This document shows, in pieces, positions 19,557-29,005 of a stretch of 64,000 nucleotides of DNA. The notes beneath the pieces are model-generated. The model searched no databases. It was not told the origin of the DNA and worked only from the letters and a program-made list of their open reading frames with translations. The stretch covers positions 672,001 to 736,000 of the forward strand of contig JBOEGF010000010.1 in assembly GCA_050633305.1 (NCBI GenBank). Direction: 5' to 3'. The stretch's first letter is position 1; every line of letters begins with the position of its first letter. Source of the stretch: Nannocystales bacterium. Its GTDB lineage: Bacteria; Myxococcota_A; Polyangia; Nannocystales; Nannocystaceae. A program made the position numbers and the translations under genes.

Positions 19557-21110
19557 ATGAAGAAAACCCAAGGAATACTCGGCAATAGGGCGATTCGACA
19601 GGCAGGAGGGCGTCGGAGCGGACGTTGGGGCCGTCGCGACTTTCTTCGCGCAGCCGGCGTGTGCTCGGGCGCGGGATTGCTCTCTGGTCTGCTTCCCATG
19701 CTGCGTGCGACTGCCGCCGGTCCTGGTGCTCGACAGCTGTTCATCATCGGGGCCGCGCAAGGCACGGACATGACGACGTGGCGGCCAGAGTCCCCCGACC
19801 TCGTGACCGATGGGCTGCCGTACCAACACGAGCCGCTGCAGGACTACCTGCAGAACATCATGATCCTCGATGGGATCGACAACATCTCTGCGTTCACGAC
19901 GGACTCCGAAGGCATGCCCCCCAACGGTGGCCACGAGGGAACCGGAGCGTTGCTGACCGGGACGACCGTGCGACGTGTCGGCGACCGAGAGGTCTACAAC
20001 GGGCCCTCGGTCGACGAGATCTTGGGTCGCCGCATCGAGGAGCGTTGCATCGAACTCGGCGAAACGCCTCCTCCGATTCGTGCGCTTCGCATCGGGCGTG
20101 CGAAGGGGCTCGCCGACGACAATGCACCCGACGTTCCGGGTTCGCTCGCGAGCTACAACAGCTTCTTCTGGCAGGACCCCCTCGTCTCTGCACCCATGCT
20201 GTGGGGTCCGTGGTTCGCCTACGAGGCGATGTTCGCGAACCTGGGGGTGAGCGAGGACGAACTGCGACGCTTGCGAGCCAAGCAGCGCAGCGTCCTCGAT
20301 GCGTTGACCGGCGAGTTGGGTCGGGTGCGCGGTGAGCTGGTCGTCGAAGACCGCGACCGCGTCGACGCGCACCTCGAGGGAATCCGTGATCTCGAGCAGA
20401 AGCTCGACAACATCGTCGAGTGCGTTCCTCCGGACATCGGGGTCTCTCCTGATCACATCGGTCAGTGGTCCTCGACGCACATGAACGAAGTCGTGCTGGC
20501 GACATTCCAGGTGGTCAACACGGCGTTTGCGTGCGGGGTCACCAACGTCGCTGGGTATCAGGTCCGGCGCCAAGAGGGGGTTGCGGACGAACTCCTGGAA
20601 GATCCCGAGTATGCCGACACGTACGCGGGCATCAATTCGATGGACCTGCACGGTCAGGCGCACAGCATGCCGGCGGGTTGTGGCGCCAACTGTGGTGCGG
20701 GGGAAGATGTCCCCGAAGAACAGCGCGCCCTAGCGCGACAGTGTTACTCGGACCTCTGGCGTTGGACCACGTCGCGGATCAAGACCGGGTTCCTGGACGC
20801 CGTCCCCGACTTTGTTCGCGACAACATGATCGTCGTGCATCTGTCGGAGATGTCCGAGGGGGGAACGCACTCCAACTACAACGTGCCGGTCACCGTCTTT
20901 CAGGGAGACGATGTGGGCTACTTCGACACGGGGAGAGCCTACAAATGGGGTGGGTTCGATGTGTTCGAGAACTTCCGACCCTCAGACGACCCGGGCCAGC
21001 CCAGCACGAAGCTGTTGGTCTCGCTCTGCCACGCGATGGGGTTCGATGACATCGACCATGTGGGGGACGCGAGCTTCTCTACGGGTCCCTTGACGGAGGT
21101 GATGGCATGA
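19557..21110 (+). CDS. DUF1552-family Tat-exported protein
   Basis: Tat motif GRRDFLRAAG; SVDEILG, RSVLD, HLEGIRDLE, AFACGVTNV and SEMSEGGTH motifs. Confidence 0.8.
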   Translation: MKKTQGILGNRAIRQAGGRRSGRWGRRDFLRAAGVCSGAGLLSGLLPMLRATAAGPGARQLFIIGAAQGTDMTTWRPESPDLVTDGLPYQHEPLQDYLQNIMILDGIDNISAFTTDSEGMPPNGGHEGTGALLTGTTVRRVGDREVYNGPSVDEILGRRIEERCIELGETPPPIRALRIGRAKGLADDNAPDVPGSLASYNSFFWQDPLVSAPMLWGPWFAYEAMFANLGVSEDELRRLRAKQRSVLDALTGELGRVRGELVVEDRDRVDAHLEGIRDLEQKLDNIVECVPPDIGVSPDHIGQWSSTHMNEVVLATFQVVNTAFACGVTNVAGYQVRRQEGVADELLEDPEYADTYAGINSMDLHGQAHSMPAGCGANCGAGEDVPEEQRALARQCYSDLWRWTTSRIKTGFLDAVPDFVRDNMIVVHLSEMSEGGTHSNYNVPVTVFQGDDVGYFDTGRAYKWGGFDVFENFRPSDDPGQPSTKLLVSLCHAMGFDDIDHVGDASFSTGPLTEVMA

Positions 21111-22810
21111 ACGCGCTTCGAAGAATCTCAGTGTTGTCCATCCTGTCGGTCCTCGCCGCAGGTTGTTATCAAGGTGTCGATGGCAGCGGACCTGCCGCGG
21201 CTGACACAGACGCTGGAAACGTCACGGCCGGGAGCTCAGGAGGAGCCGACACGGAACCGGGCGGTGGCGACGGCAGCGGTGGCGTGGACGGGTGCGAGGG
21301 TGCCTGCGCTGGCGAGGCGCCGATGCAGCTGATGCGTCGCAGCCAGGTGATCGGAGTGGTTCAGCAGGCGTTCGGGTCGAATGCAGACGCGGTTCCGTTC
21401 AACCTCGTTCCCGCGGACGCGTCCAGTGGCCTCTTCCCGGCGAACTATCTCCCTGCCGATGCGACGCGTGTGGAGGCGTACCACTCGTTTGCCGAGCGCG
21501 CAGCTGCGGAGCTTGTGCAGGCGATCGGCTGCGGAGACGAAGCGTGTGTCGAGGACGAGGTTCGCCGTGTCTTGCCGATCTTGTTCAAGCGAGAGGCGCT
21601 CGAGGAGGACCTGGAGATCTATTTGGGGCAGATGTCTCAGCCTCAGGACTACGACGGCGCCGCGTGGACGGCCAACGATGGCTTCACCCAGGTGCTCACG
21701 CTCGCCCTGCAGAGCCCCCAGTTCCTCTACCGCATTGAGGTCGGGGAGGAGACCGACGACCCGGCCGTCCGCCGTCTGACGGGGCACGAAATGGCCACCC
21801 GGCTTGCGCTGGCGCTGTGGAACCAGAGTCCCTCGGCCGAGCTTCGATCGCTTGCGGCCCAGGGCGAGCTGGATAGCGCAGAGGGCGTCGCGCAGGTTGT
21901 TCGCGACATGCTGTCGGACCCGCGTGCGGATGCGTTGGCGGTCGGCTTCTTCGAGGCCTACCTCGGCATCGACCACTTCGGCGAGCACGGCCGCTATCTC
22001 GAGGGAGCGCCGGTCGCCGAGGACTACCCCGGACTTCCAGGGGTCGCGGCAGACATGCAAGCGGAGACCGAGGCATTCGTCACTCATGTGATGCGTAGCG
22101 GCGGCTCGATGCGCGAACTGTTCGCCGCGGATTACTCCTTCGCCAGTGACGCGCTGGCGACGTACTACGGGCTCCCGGTCGGCTCCGAGCATGAGGACGG
22201 TCTGTTCCGCATCGAGCTGTCGAGCACGCCAGGCCGCGCAGGGGTGCTCTCCCATGGTGCGGTGTTGGGGGCCCACACGACCATCGAGCCCTACCGTGCA
22301 GCGCACCGCGGCACGTTCCTCGCGAAGAACGTGTTGTGCATCGAACTCCCGCCTCCGCCCGCGGACATTGTCATCCCCGACATCCCGGTCGACCTTCCGC
22401 CCCGCGAAGCGTTCGAGAAGATGACGGACTCGGAGACGTGCGCGGGCTGTCACAACATCATCAACCCGCTTGGCTTCCTCTTCGAGAACTTCGATGCCGG
22501 GGGCCGCTACGCCGACATCTACCCCGAGTTCGACACAGCCGTCGACGCAAGCGGGAGTCTTCCCAGTGGAGAAGACGTTGAGGGTGTTGCAGAGCTTGGC
22601 GCCACGCTCGCGGAGAATGAACTGGCTCAACGCTGCATGGCACGGCGGCTGTTCGAGTTCACGCTCGAGCGAACGCCGGAGGCTCGTGACGACGCCTATA
22701 TCGACGAGGCCTACGCTCAGCTCGTCGATTCGGACCTGGACCTTCGCGAAGTGATCGTCTCGGTGCTCAGCTCTGACGCGAGCCGTCTCCGCGTCTTGCC
22801 GGAGGGCTGA
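21107..22810 (+). CDS. DUF1592/DUF1588/DUF1595/DUF1585-family lipoprotein with c-type heme motif
   Basis: Lipobox LAAGC; LQSPQFLYR, EMATRLALALW, RAGVL, HRG, CAGCH..NPLGF.FENFD; ATGA overlap with the DUF1552 gene. Confidence 0.85.
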   Translation: MNALRRISVLSILSVLAAGCYQGVDGSGPAAADTDAGNVTAGSSGGADTEPGGGDGSGGVDGCEGACAGEAPMQLMRRSQVIGVVQQAFGSNADAVPFNLVPADASSGLFPANYLPADATRVEAYHSFAERAAAELVQAIGCGDEACVEDEVRRVLPILFKREALEEDLEIYLGQMSQPQDYDGAAWTANDGFTQVLTLALQSPQFLYRIEVGEETDDPAVRRLTGHEMATRLALALWNQSPSAELRSLAAQGELDSAEGVAQVVRDMLSDPRADALAVGFFEAYLGIDHFGEHGRYLEGAPVAEDYPGLPGVAADMQAETEAFVTHVMRSGGSMRELFAADYSFASDALATYYGLPVGSEHEDGLFRIELSSTPGRAGVLSHGAVLGAHTTIEPYRAAHRGTFLAKNVLCIELPPPPADIVIPDIPVDLPPREAFEKMTDSETCAGCHNIINPLGFLFENFDAGGRYADIYPEFDTAVDASGSLPSGEDVEGVAELGATLAENELAQRCMARRLFEFTLERTPEARDDAYIDEAYAQLVDSDLDLREVIVSVLSSDASRLRVLPEG

Positions 22811-22867
22811 GCCTGGGGGCTGAGCCGTGGCGCGCCCCGATGCGCCCTGGCTTGCTCCCTTGGAGGG

Positions 22868-24124
22868 CTACTTCTTTTTGCCCTTCTTCTTTTTCTTCTT
22901 CTTTTTGCCCTTCTTCTTTTTCTTCTTCTTTGCCGTGTCGGTCTCGGGGGCGGGCTCAGGCTCAGGCTTCGGTGGTTTGGGCTTGGTGTCCGCTGGCGCA
23001 GGCTTGGCGTCGGCGGGTTTGGGCTTCGCGGGTGCCGGCTCGGTGTCGGGTTGCGTCGGTGGGGGGCTCGGCTTTTCGCTTCCGGAGCTGGGCTTCGTCG
23101 TGCCCTTCGTGCCTCCCTTGCTGCTGACCGGCTCCCCTGTCTCGAGGTCCAGGCGCACCGTCTTGCCGCCCGCTCGTACGGAGACCGCACCGCTGCCGAC
23201 GTTGAGCGACTTGCAGTCCAGGGACGGCGTCTCGTTCGGGCGCACGTTGCCGTAGCTGTCGGGCAACGTCTGCGTCCACTCCGCGGTTCGGTCGCTGAGG
23301 GACCAAGCGGTCACGGAGCGCTCGGTTGCGATCACGAGCGTGTCCCCATCGCATCCCATGCCGAGTGGGAATCGACCTCGCGTGTACTCGTTGGCCGGGG
23401 CAGTCTTGGACGTGGTCGGCAGCGTGAAGGGCGTCCCACTGCCGGCCTTGGCGGCGAACGCCAGCTCCATCGTGTGACGGGTTCCCGAGCTTGTGATGCG
23501 GGTGCCTCCGCCCGACGCTCGCAGGTGGAGCTCGACGGTCCCAGCCTTGGCGCGGCACGAGCAGCCCTTGAGCTTTTGGAAGGTGTCCAACGATGTTCCT
23601 TCGCCCGCCGAATTGGCCTGCGAATCGTCTGCATCGGTCGTCGGTTTGTCCGCCTCCGCGCTGGGTGAGGTCGGGGCGGTGAGGGCGGAGCGCGACGTCC
23701 GGGGCACGACCTGCGTCGGTGCCTCGGGCTTCTTCGTCGATCCGGTGGCACGGGCCATCGCATCCGATGCCGCTCTTTGGCTGGCCTGGGTCGCTTGGTG
23801 CGACTGCCAGAACGACACGCCCGCCCCAACGAGCGGCACACCGAACGCAAACAGCATGATGACGGCCGACATGCATCCCGTCCGGCGTGGGGCTACGACC
23901 TGAACTTGGACCGGGGCAACCGTCGGGGCATGAACCTGTGGCCCGTACGAGTTGACGGGCACATTGAGGGGCCGCGGTGGAGGCGGCGGTGCGGGCGGGG
24001 GGGCCTGGGGCTGCTGCTTACGGACGAACGTCGTGGAGCAGTGGTTGCATTCGTAGTTGCCTCCGCCGCGGAGCGTCACGTCGGTCGACGCGCAGGACGG
24101 GCATTGAATCGCGAGGAACGCCAC
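22868..24124 (-). CDS. Hypothetical single-pass membrane protein: N-terminal zinc ribbon, Pro-rich linkers, poly-Lys tail
   Basis: CPSC-x13-CNHC, TM segment AVIMLFAFGVPLVGAGVSFW, C-terminus KKKKKKKGKKKKKKKKGKKK; start uncertain (24124 or 24151). Confidence 0.65.
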   Translation of the reverse strand: MAFLAIQCPSCASTDVTLRGGGNYECNHCSTTFVRKQQPQAPPPAPPPPPRPLNVPVNSYGPQVHAPTVAPVQVQVVAPRRTGCMSAVIMLFAFGVPLVGAGVSFWQSHQATQASQRAASDAMARATGSTKKPEAPTQVVPRTSRSALTAPTSPSAEADKPTTDADDSQANSAGEGTSLDTFQKLKGCSCRAKAGTVELHLRASGGGTRITSSGTRHTMELAFAAKAGSGTPFTLPTTSKTAPANEYTRGRFPLGMGCDGDTLVIATERSVTAWSLSDRTAEWTQTLPDSYGNVRPNETPSLDCKSLNVGSGAVSVRAGGKTVRLDLETGEPVSSKGGTKGTTKPSSGSEKPSPPPTQPDTEPAPAKPKPADAKPAPADTKPKPPKPEPEPAPETDTAKKKKKKKGKKKKKKKKGKKK

Positions 24125-24248
24125 GGGACTGGCCGCATGGTAGCGCGTCATGGTGGGGCTGCGGGATCGGGGCGCCGGTCCAGTGGCTTGGCTCCACGTT
24201 GTGCTTTGCCGCGGCCCACGTGCGCGCCGAGTGCACGCTTGTGAGGCA

Positions 24249-26003
24249 TCACGGACTCCAGGCTTCGATGCGGTCCGTACCAATCACGATGGCGTCCCCC
24301 ACACCGATCGGGGATGTGTACTTGCCCGAGGGTCCAGCAGTGTCCCCGGACCAAAGCAGCCGGAGATCGCTGGCCGCAAACGCGTAGAGCCGAGGGTGGG
24401 GCGTCCCCGGGTCGAGCAGGGGGGCCGAGCGGGGCGCATTTCGATCGAGGACCCACAGCGTCGCATCGTCCCCAGCCCCCGTGACGATTGGGGATCCCGG
24501 GTTGTGCATGACCACTTGCTCGTTGAGGGCAACCTGCTCGAGAAACGCTTGCCCATCATCGGCAATCGCGACGCCCAGCTTGACGACGGACGGGGCCACG
24601 CTTGTGGTCGACTCCGGGCTCTGCTTGGCGGTTCCGCTTGCGAAGAGGAACCGGTTGCCTTGCGCGTCGCTCCACTCCACCAGCTTCGTCCGCATCTTCG
24701 CGTGGTCGATCTCGCCGAACTCGTCCGAGTAGGGACCGAAGACACTCAGAGGCCCGCGTGCATCGAACTGCGGCTGGGGGCTCGGTGGGTGCAGGGACAC
24801 GTCGGCAGCTGCGTCCGCGGAGCATGGCCCGCGGCCCTCCCCCGCGGTGGGAATGGCGTCGACGTTGAGCAGGTAGACGACGCCCTGCTTGCCACCGAAG
24901 GCGATGAGGTTGGGGGTGGAGGACGCGGGCATGGGCGAGAGCCTGTGGGGTTGGCTCGCGCCGAGGTCCATGTTTCCTTCATCGAGAATGCAGTAGTTGA
25001 ACGGGGAGTACGCGCGCTCGAGGTTGAGGTCCGCGTCCAGCTGCAGCAACGAGTTGCCCCACACCCCGGGCGTGTTTCCGGTCCCCGGAGGACTGTTTCC
25101 GGTGGTCGCCCAGACCCGGCCGTCGTCGTCGACGAGCGGGCCCGCGGAGCCCCAGATGCCACCGCTGCTGTCCATCTCCGTGGAGGGGGCCGAAGAGAAT
25201 GCGGAGGAAATCGAGGCCGTGGTTGCATCGATGTTGACCAGCCACCCGACGCCGCTGCCCCGGTACGTCCCAAACGGGACGTAGACGTGAGCGCCGTCGG
25301 GAGACAGTGCCAGGGCCCCACGCTGCGACATTGTGCTGGGGTGCTGGAACTTGGCCGGCCCGTTGGTGTTGACCTCTGCGAGGCCCGCATCGTCGATCGT
25401 GACGGGCCAGCCGGCGGTTTCAGTTCCGTCGCGCAAGGACAGTGCGTGGAGCTGCCAGCCGGCGCGGCCGTCGTAGGCGGAGACGTAGAGGGTCGCCGAG
25501 GCTTCGTCGATCACGGGCGTGGACAGCACCCCGAGCGGCACGCCTTGGTCCAAGTGGTCGATCGGCACGGCATCGCTGACGCGGGTGCGCCACAGGATGC
25601 GCCCAGGCTGCGCACAGTCATCCGCGCCGATGGCGTACACCCACCCGTTGGTCGTCGCGGTGTAGACCACGTCCGTGGTTCCTTCGAAGTCCTCGCTGTC
25701 GATCGGTTGCGCAGGGACAAAGAGCGGAGAGCCGTAGACGAGCGGCGGGTAGATCACGCCGTCGAACTCGAGGGTGTGAAAGGGGGCGGATGCCCAGCGC
25801 AGTTGCATGCCCGTGTCCCCGATGGTCCTTGCCTGAAGGGACCCGCCGCCTGCATAGCTTCCGGTTCGTTCATGCCCGTGAAACCGGGTCGTGGACACTC
25901 GAACGCTGACCCCTTCGCACACCTCGCTCGGTGGCCCCGTGGGAGCGCAGCCAAGCACGGCGAACAGCGGGGCCCACAACAAAGGCCGGACCGTCACGAG
26001 CAT
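24249..26003 (-). CDS. PQQ-like beta-propeller lipoprotein
   Basis: Lipobox VLGC; GVLSTPVID, QRGALAL, GGIWGS, TGN, DLG, GGKQG and KYTSPI repeats typical of this family. Confidence 0.75.
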   Translation of the reverse strand: MLVTVRPLLWAPLFAVLGCAPTGPPSEVCEGVSVRVSTTRFHGHERTGSYAGGGSLQARTIGDTGMQLRWASAPFHTLEFDGVIYPPLVYGSPLFVPAQPIDSEDFEGTTDVVYTATTNGWVYAIGADDCAQPGRILWRTRVSDAVPIDHLDQGVPLGVLSTPVIDEASATLYVSAYDGRAGWQLHALSLRDGTETAGWPVTIDDAGLAEVNTNGPAKFQHPSTMSQRGALALSPDGAHVYVPFGTYRGSGVGWLVNIDATTASISSAFSSAPSTEMDSSGGIWGSAGPLVDDDGRVWATTGNSPPGTGNTPGVWGNSLLQLDADLNLERAYSPFNYCILDEGNMDLGASQPHRLSPMPASSTPNLIAFGGKQGVVYLLNVDAIPTAGEGRGPCSADAAADVSLHPPSPQPQFDARGPLSVFGPYSDEFGEIDHAKMRTKLVEWSDAQGNRFLFASGTAKQSPESTTSVAPSVVKLGVAIADDGQAFLEQVALNEQVVMHNPGSPIVTGAGDDATLWVLDRNAPRSAPLLDPGTPHPRLYAFAASDLRLLWSGDTAGPSGKYTSPIGVGDAIVIGTDRIEAWSP

Positions 26004-26746
26004 GTCTCGCGGGCGTCCGCCGCTTGGCCAGCACACTCCGTGAGAGCTTCGCTCAAGGGGGTCCCCACGTACTCCTGCGCGGCGCGGAGCAGCGCGTCTT
26101 GCCACGCCCCGAGTTCGTCACATGCCCATACGGCCGGGTTACAGTAGTCCGACGGCGGGTAGAACTCGGTCGGCAAGCAGTGAGCATCGAGGACTCCCTC
26201 GCAGTCGGCGGTCGACTCGCACTCGCATGTGTTCCCCGCTTCGGTGCAGACGGTGCTCGAGGGCTCGCAGGTCCGGTCGAAGGCTAGGGAGAAGCAGGCT
26301 TCTCCCGAGGGGCAGTCTTCGTCGCTGTCACAGGAGACGCGCGGGCACCCGAAGTGGTTGTACCGCGCCGGCCGGCCGCCACACTCGTAGACGTCGCAGA
26401 GTTCGTCGCCTGCGCACGCCCCATCGCCCTCACAATCCGCTTCGGCGGACGGCGGCTGGTCCTGTCCGTCAGCCTCGCCGGCCGCCTGGGCCGTCGAGCC
26501 TTCCGCATCCTCATCACACCCGGAAAAAACCAAAACCAACGCCGCACACGTCCAGCATGCGGCGACCCAACAAGCCCTCCTGGGCCGTCGCCTATCCACG
26601 AGGCGGCAGGGTGCAAACGTTGGGCCACGGAGCAGACCTGCGTGCTTGGCTCGAACCCTCGGCCGTCCTCCCGCGACATCACTGTCACGGCGCGACGTCG
26701 GTGTCGGTGTCGGTGTCGGAGTGAGGGCGAGGTATCTCCGACTCAT
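25994..26746 (-). CDS. Cys-rich hypothetical (lipo)protein
   Basis: LVLVFSGC lipobox-like segment followed by many Cys (CDSDEDCPSGEAC); ATG 26746 overlaps the upstream stop, but the true start may be further downstream. Confidence 0.55.
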   Translation of the reverse strand: MSRRYLALTPTPTPTPTSRRDSDVAGGRPRVRAKHAGLLRGPTFAPCRLVDRRRPRRACWVAACWTCAALVLVFSGCDEDAEGSTAQAAGEADGQDQPPSAEADCEGDGACAGDELCDVYECGGRPARYNHFGCPRVSCDSDEDCPSGEACFSLAFDRTCEPSSTVCTEAGNTCECESTADCEGVLDAHCLPTEFYPPSDYCNPAVWACDELGAWQDALLRAAQEYVGTPLSEALTECAGQAADARETCS

Positions 26747-27717
26747 TCGCTGCCCGCGATGCTTCCGAACCACGCATCGGCGGAGCCGTCCCCGAAGCGA
26801 ACATAGCCGTCCCACGCACCGCCGCCCGGGGCGACGACGAGGAGCAGGCCCCTCACGGCCGAGCGTTTCATCCATCCAGCGTCGGTCTCGGCGTCCCCCT
26901 CGGGAAAAAGTCGTTCCTTTGCGAGCAGACCTAGAAGCCCTACGATCTGCTCGTCGGTCGGGAGCCGGTCGAGGGGAGGTGGCTCTGCGCCGTCTCCGAG
27001 TTCGATCGCGAGAGGAGTCACGCCCAGCAACGCGGACTCGACAGTGAGTTCCAGGGCCCATCCGTCGTTCCATGCTGCAGCGCCACTGCGCGCGTGCACT
27101 TTGTTGGCGGTAGGTTCGCAGTCTGAGCGTCGCCTGCGAGACGCCGCAACCTTGGCTTCCAGATGGACGGGTTGGTCCATAGGGAGGAAGAGCCGGCGGG
27201 CGCCACGAAGTGCACTCAGATCCCAGTCGGGCGGCCCCGACTGCAACAGGGCCTCGACCATCGCATCCATACGAAGAGACGGAGGCCGCACAGGTTCCTC
27301 TCCCCAGCGTTGGCGGTAGCCGTTCATGACCAGCCAACCCGACGCGAATCCCAGCGATGGCAGGTGACGGCCCCACCCGAGTTGACTGAGAATGCAAACC
27401 TCGCTTCCCGCAAGTTCGCCGAGGTTGGAGAACTCCCTGCCCCAATCATCCAATGCGGCGCAGAAGCTCGACCACGATCGGTTGATGCCCTGATCCTCGA
27501 ACGTCGAGCTGGTGCGACCCGGCAACGCCGTGCTGAGTTCGGCGTGGAGCGCCTCGATGAGGCTCGGGGTCAACACCGAGTCGCTCGATTCGACACATCG
27601 GGCAACCCGGTCCATTCCCGCCGCCACCGCGAACTCGAACCGCGTACGGTCCAACTCCCCGAGCAGCGGCGACCTTTGTTCGAGTGTGTAGAGCGTCTCG
27701 GCCAGTGCGTCGAACAT
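26743..27717 (-). CDS. Hypothetical protein, possible degenerate Fic/Fido N-terminal domain
   Basis: LTPSLIEALHAEL and RHLPSLGFASGWLVMNGY..G.EP resemble Fic helices, but the catalytic motif is lost. Confidence 0.5.
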   Translation of the reverse strand: MFDALAETLYTLEQRSPLLGELDRTRFEFAVAAGMDRVARCVESSDSVLTPSLIEALHAELSTALPGRTSSTFEDQGINRSWSSFCAALDDWGREFSNLGELAGSEVCILSQLGWGRHLPSLGFASGWLVMNGYRQRWGEEPVRPPSLRMDAMVEALLQSGPPDWDLSALRGARRLFLPMDQPVHLEAKVAASRRRRSDCEPTANKVHARSGAAAWNDGWALELTVESALLGVTPLAIELGDGAEPPPLDRLPTDEQIVGLLGLLAKERLFPEGDAETDAGWMKRSAVRGLLLVVAPGGGAWDGYVRFGDGSADAWFGSIAGSE

Positions 27718-27898
27718 CTCCGTCCCGGCATAACACGGATGTTGCAGAAGAAGCCGGGCGGGGGTGGACCACGCTCGGCTCACCCACGAGTTTGACGAAA
27801 TGTCGGCTCGTTCCTCTCAACATGTCCGAGGCGCCGGGCGCTGGTGTCGACCCGGTGCGGACGGGTTGTCACGCCACGAGGCGTGATATGGGTCCGAC

Positions 27899-28555
27899 GT
27901 GAAGGTTGGTCGGCATTCCATCCTACGAGTCGGCACCGTCTTGGCGGCAGAACGGCGGTTGTTGTTTGCGCCTGCCGACGCGGTCTCTTGGACAGTCGCG
28001 CAGGAAGACGGATGGTCTGCGATGCTGGAGGTGGGCGAAGACATCCGATCCACGATGGCGTCGGCGTACATCAACGACGCTGCCGCAAACGTCGCGCTCT
28101 CGGGTTTTTTGACGGAGTTGACCAGGCGGTTGATGAACGAAGCGGTCGTGTTCAACGACTTCAGGGAGGTCGACACGCACCTGCGCGCGACGACGACGGT
28201 CCACGTCGTGTCCTCGGCCCATCGCGTGTCGGTCCAGCTCCGGGCGCCGGACCCCTCGGACGCATGGGACCAGGGAGACTCGGTGTTCGTTCGGCCCGCC
28301 GAAATTGGGGGCGAGGTTTGGCTCGAGGTGTACGCTGTCGCGGCTGGACTCTCGGACCTGTCCCCGGAGGAAGCGTTCGAACTGAGCCAGAGGATGCGGT
28401 GGTGTGAAGTGACCTGTGGCGCGACGAACTATCACGTCCGCTTTCAGCTACCGCTGAGCTTCGTGACGGCCGAACGACTCAACGAGATGATGTTCGAGGT
28501 CCTCGACGGCGTGGAGTGGATGATGGACGTCGCGATGGAGCGCGCGGAAGCATAG
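27899..28555 (+). CDS. Hypothetical protein (C-terminal half weakly YbjN/T3SS-chaperone-like)
   Basis: 218-aa ORF with protein-like composition; RFQLPLSFVTAERLNEMM pattern. Confidence 0.55.
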   Translation: MKVGRHSILRVGTVLAAERRLLFAPADAVSWTVAQEDGWSAMLEVGEDIRSTMASAYINDAAANVALSGFLTELTRRLMNEAVVFNDFREVDTHLRATTTVHVVSSAHRVSVQLRAPDPSDAWDQGDSVFVRPAEIGGEVWLEVYAVAAGLSDLSPEEAFELSQRMRWCEVTCGATNYHVRFQLPLSFVTAERLNEMMFEVLDGVEWMMDVAMERAEA

Positions 28556-28854
28556 TTCCCGCCTCACGGGCATCGCAGCTGGCGCGGGTTCTGCTCCAGC
28601 GCGAATGTGCGCGGGCAGGGATGCGTAGAGACTTCAAGTCGTGCTCGACGCTGCCCTGCTGTGCGTGTTCCGAGTGGTCCGGTCCCAGATCTCGACAACT
28701 GATCTCCTCAGGGGCGAGTTCGAAGGCAAGTGGTCCCCAAGCCGTCGAGGCGTACATACGCGGGGGGGTCGTGCACGGCCACTCAGCGTTACTTGTGGTG
28801 CAACCCACTACGTGCCCAGTGTCGGGGTCGAGCAGGACCCGATCCGGGGCGTAC

Positions 28855-28985
28855 GACCTTCCGGAGCCCGAAACTGTGTTGGCCAAGCTTCCTGCCTGGT
28901 TCGACGACTGCAACGAACATCAGCCCCACAAGGCCCTGATGTCAAACGAACTGAAAACGTGTCCGGTTTTCGGGGGCAACTCCCA
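28855..28985 (+). mobile_element. IS3-family (IS2 group) 3' remnant with right inverted repeat
   Basis: DLPEPETVLAKLPAWFDDCNEHQPHKAL resembles the IS2-type transposase C-terminus; followed by TGTCCGGTTTTCGGGGGCAACTCCCA, an IS2-like IR. Confidence 0.65.
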
Positions 28986-29005
28986 ATCGACGGCCCACGG
29001 CTTCT

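Noticed and set aside
26697..26720. (GTCGGT)n microsatellite as a phase-variation switch
   Set aside because: The 6-bp unit preserves frame (TPTP) and there are only four copies
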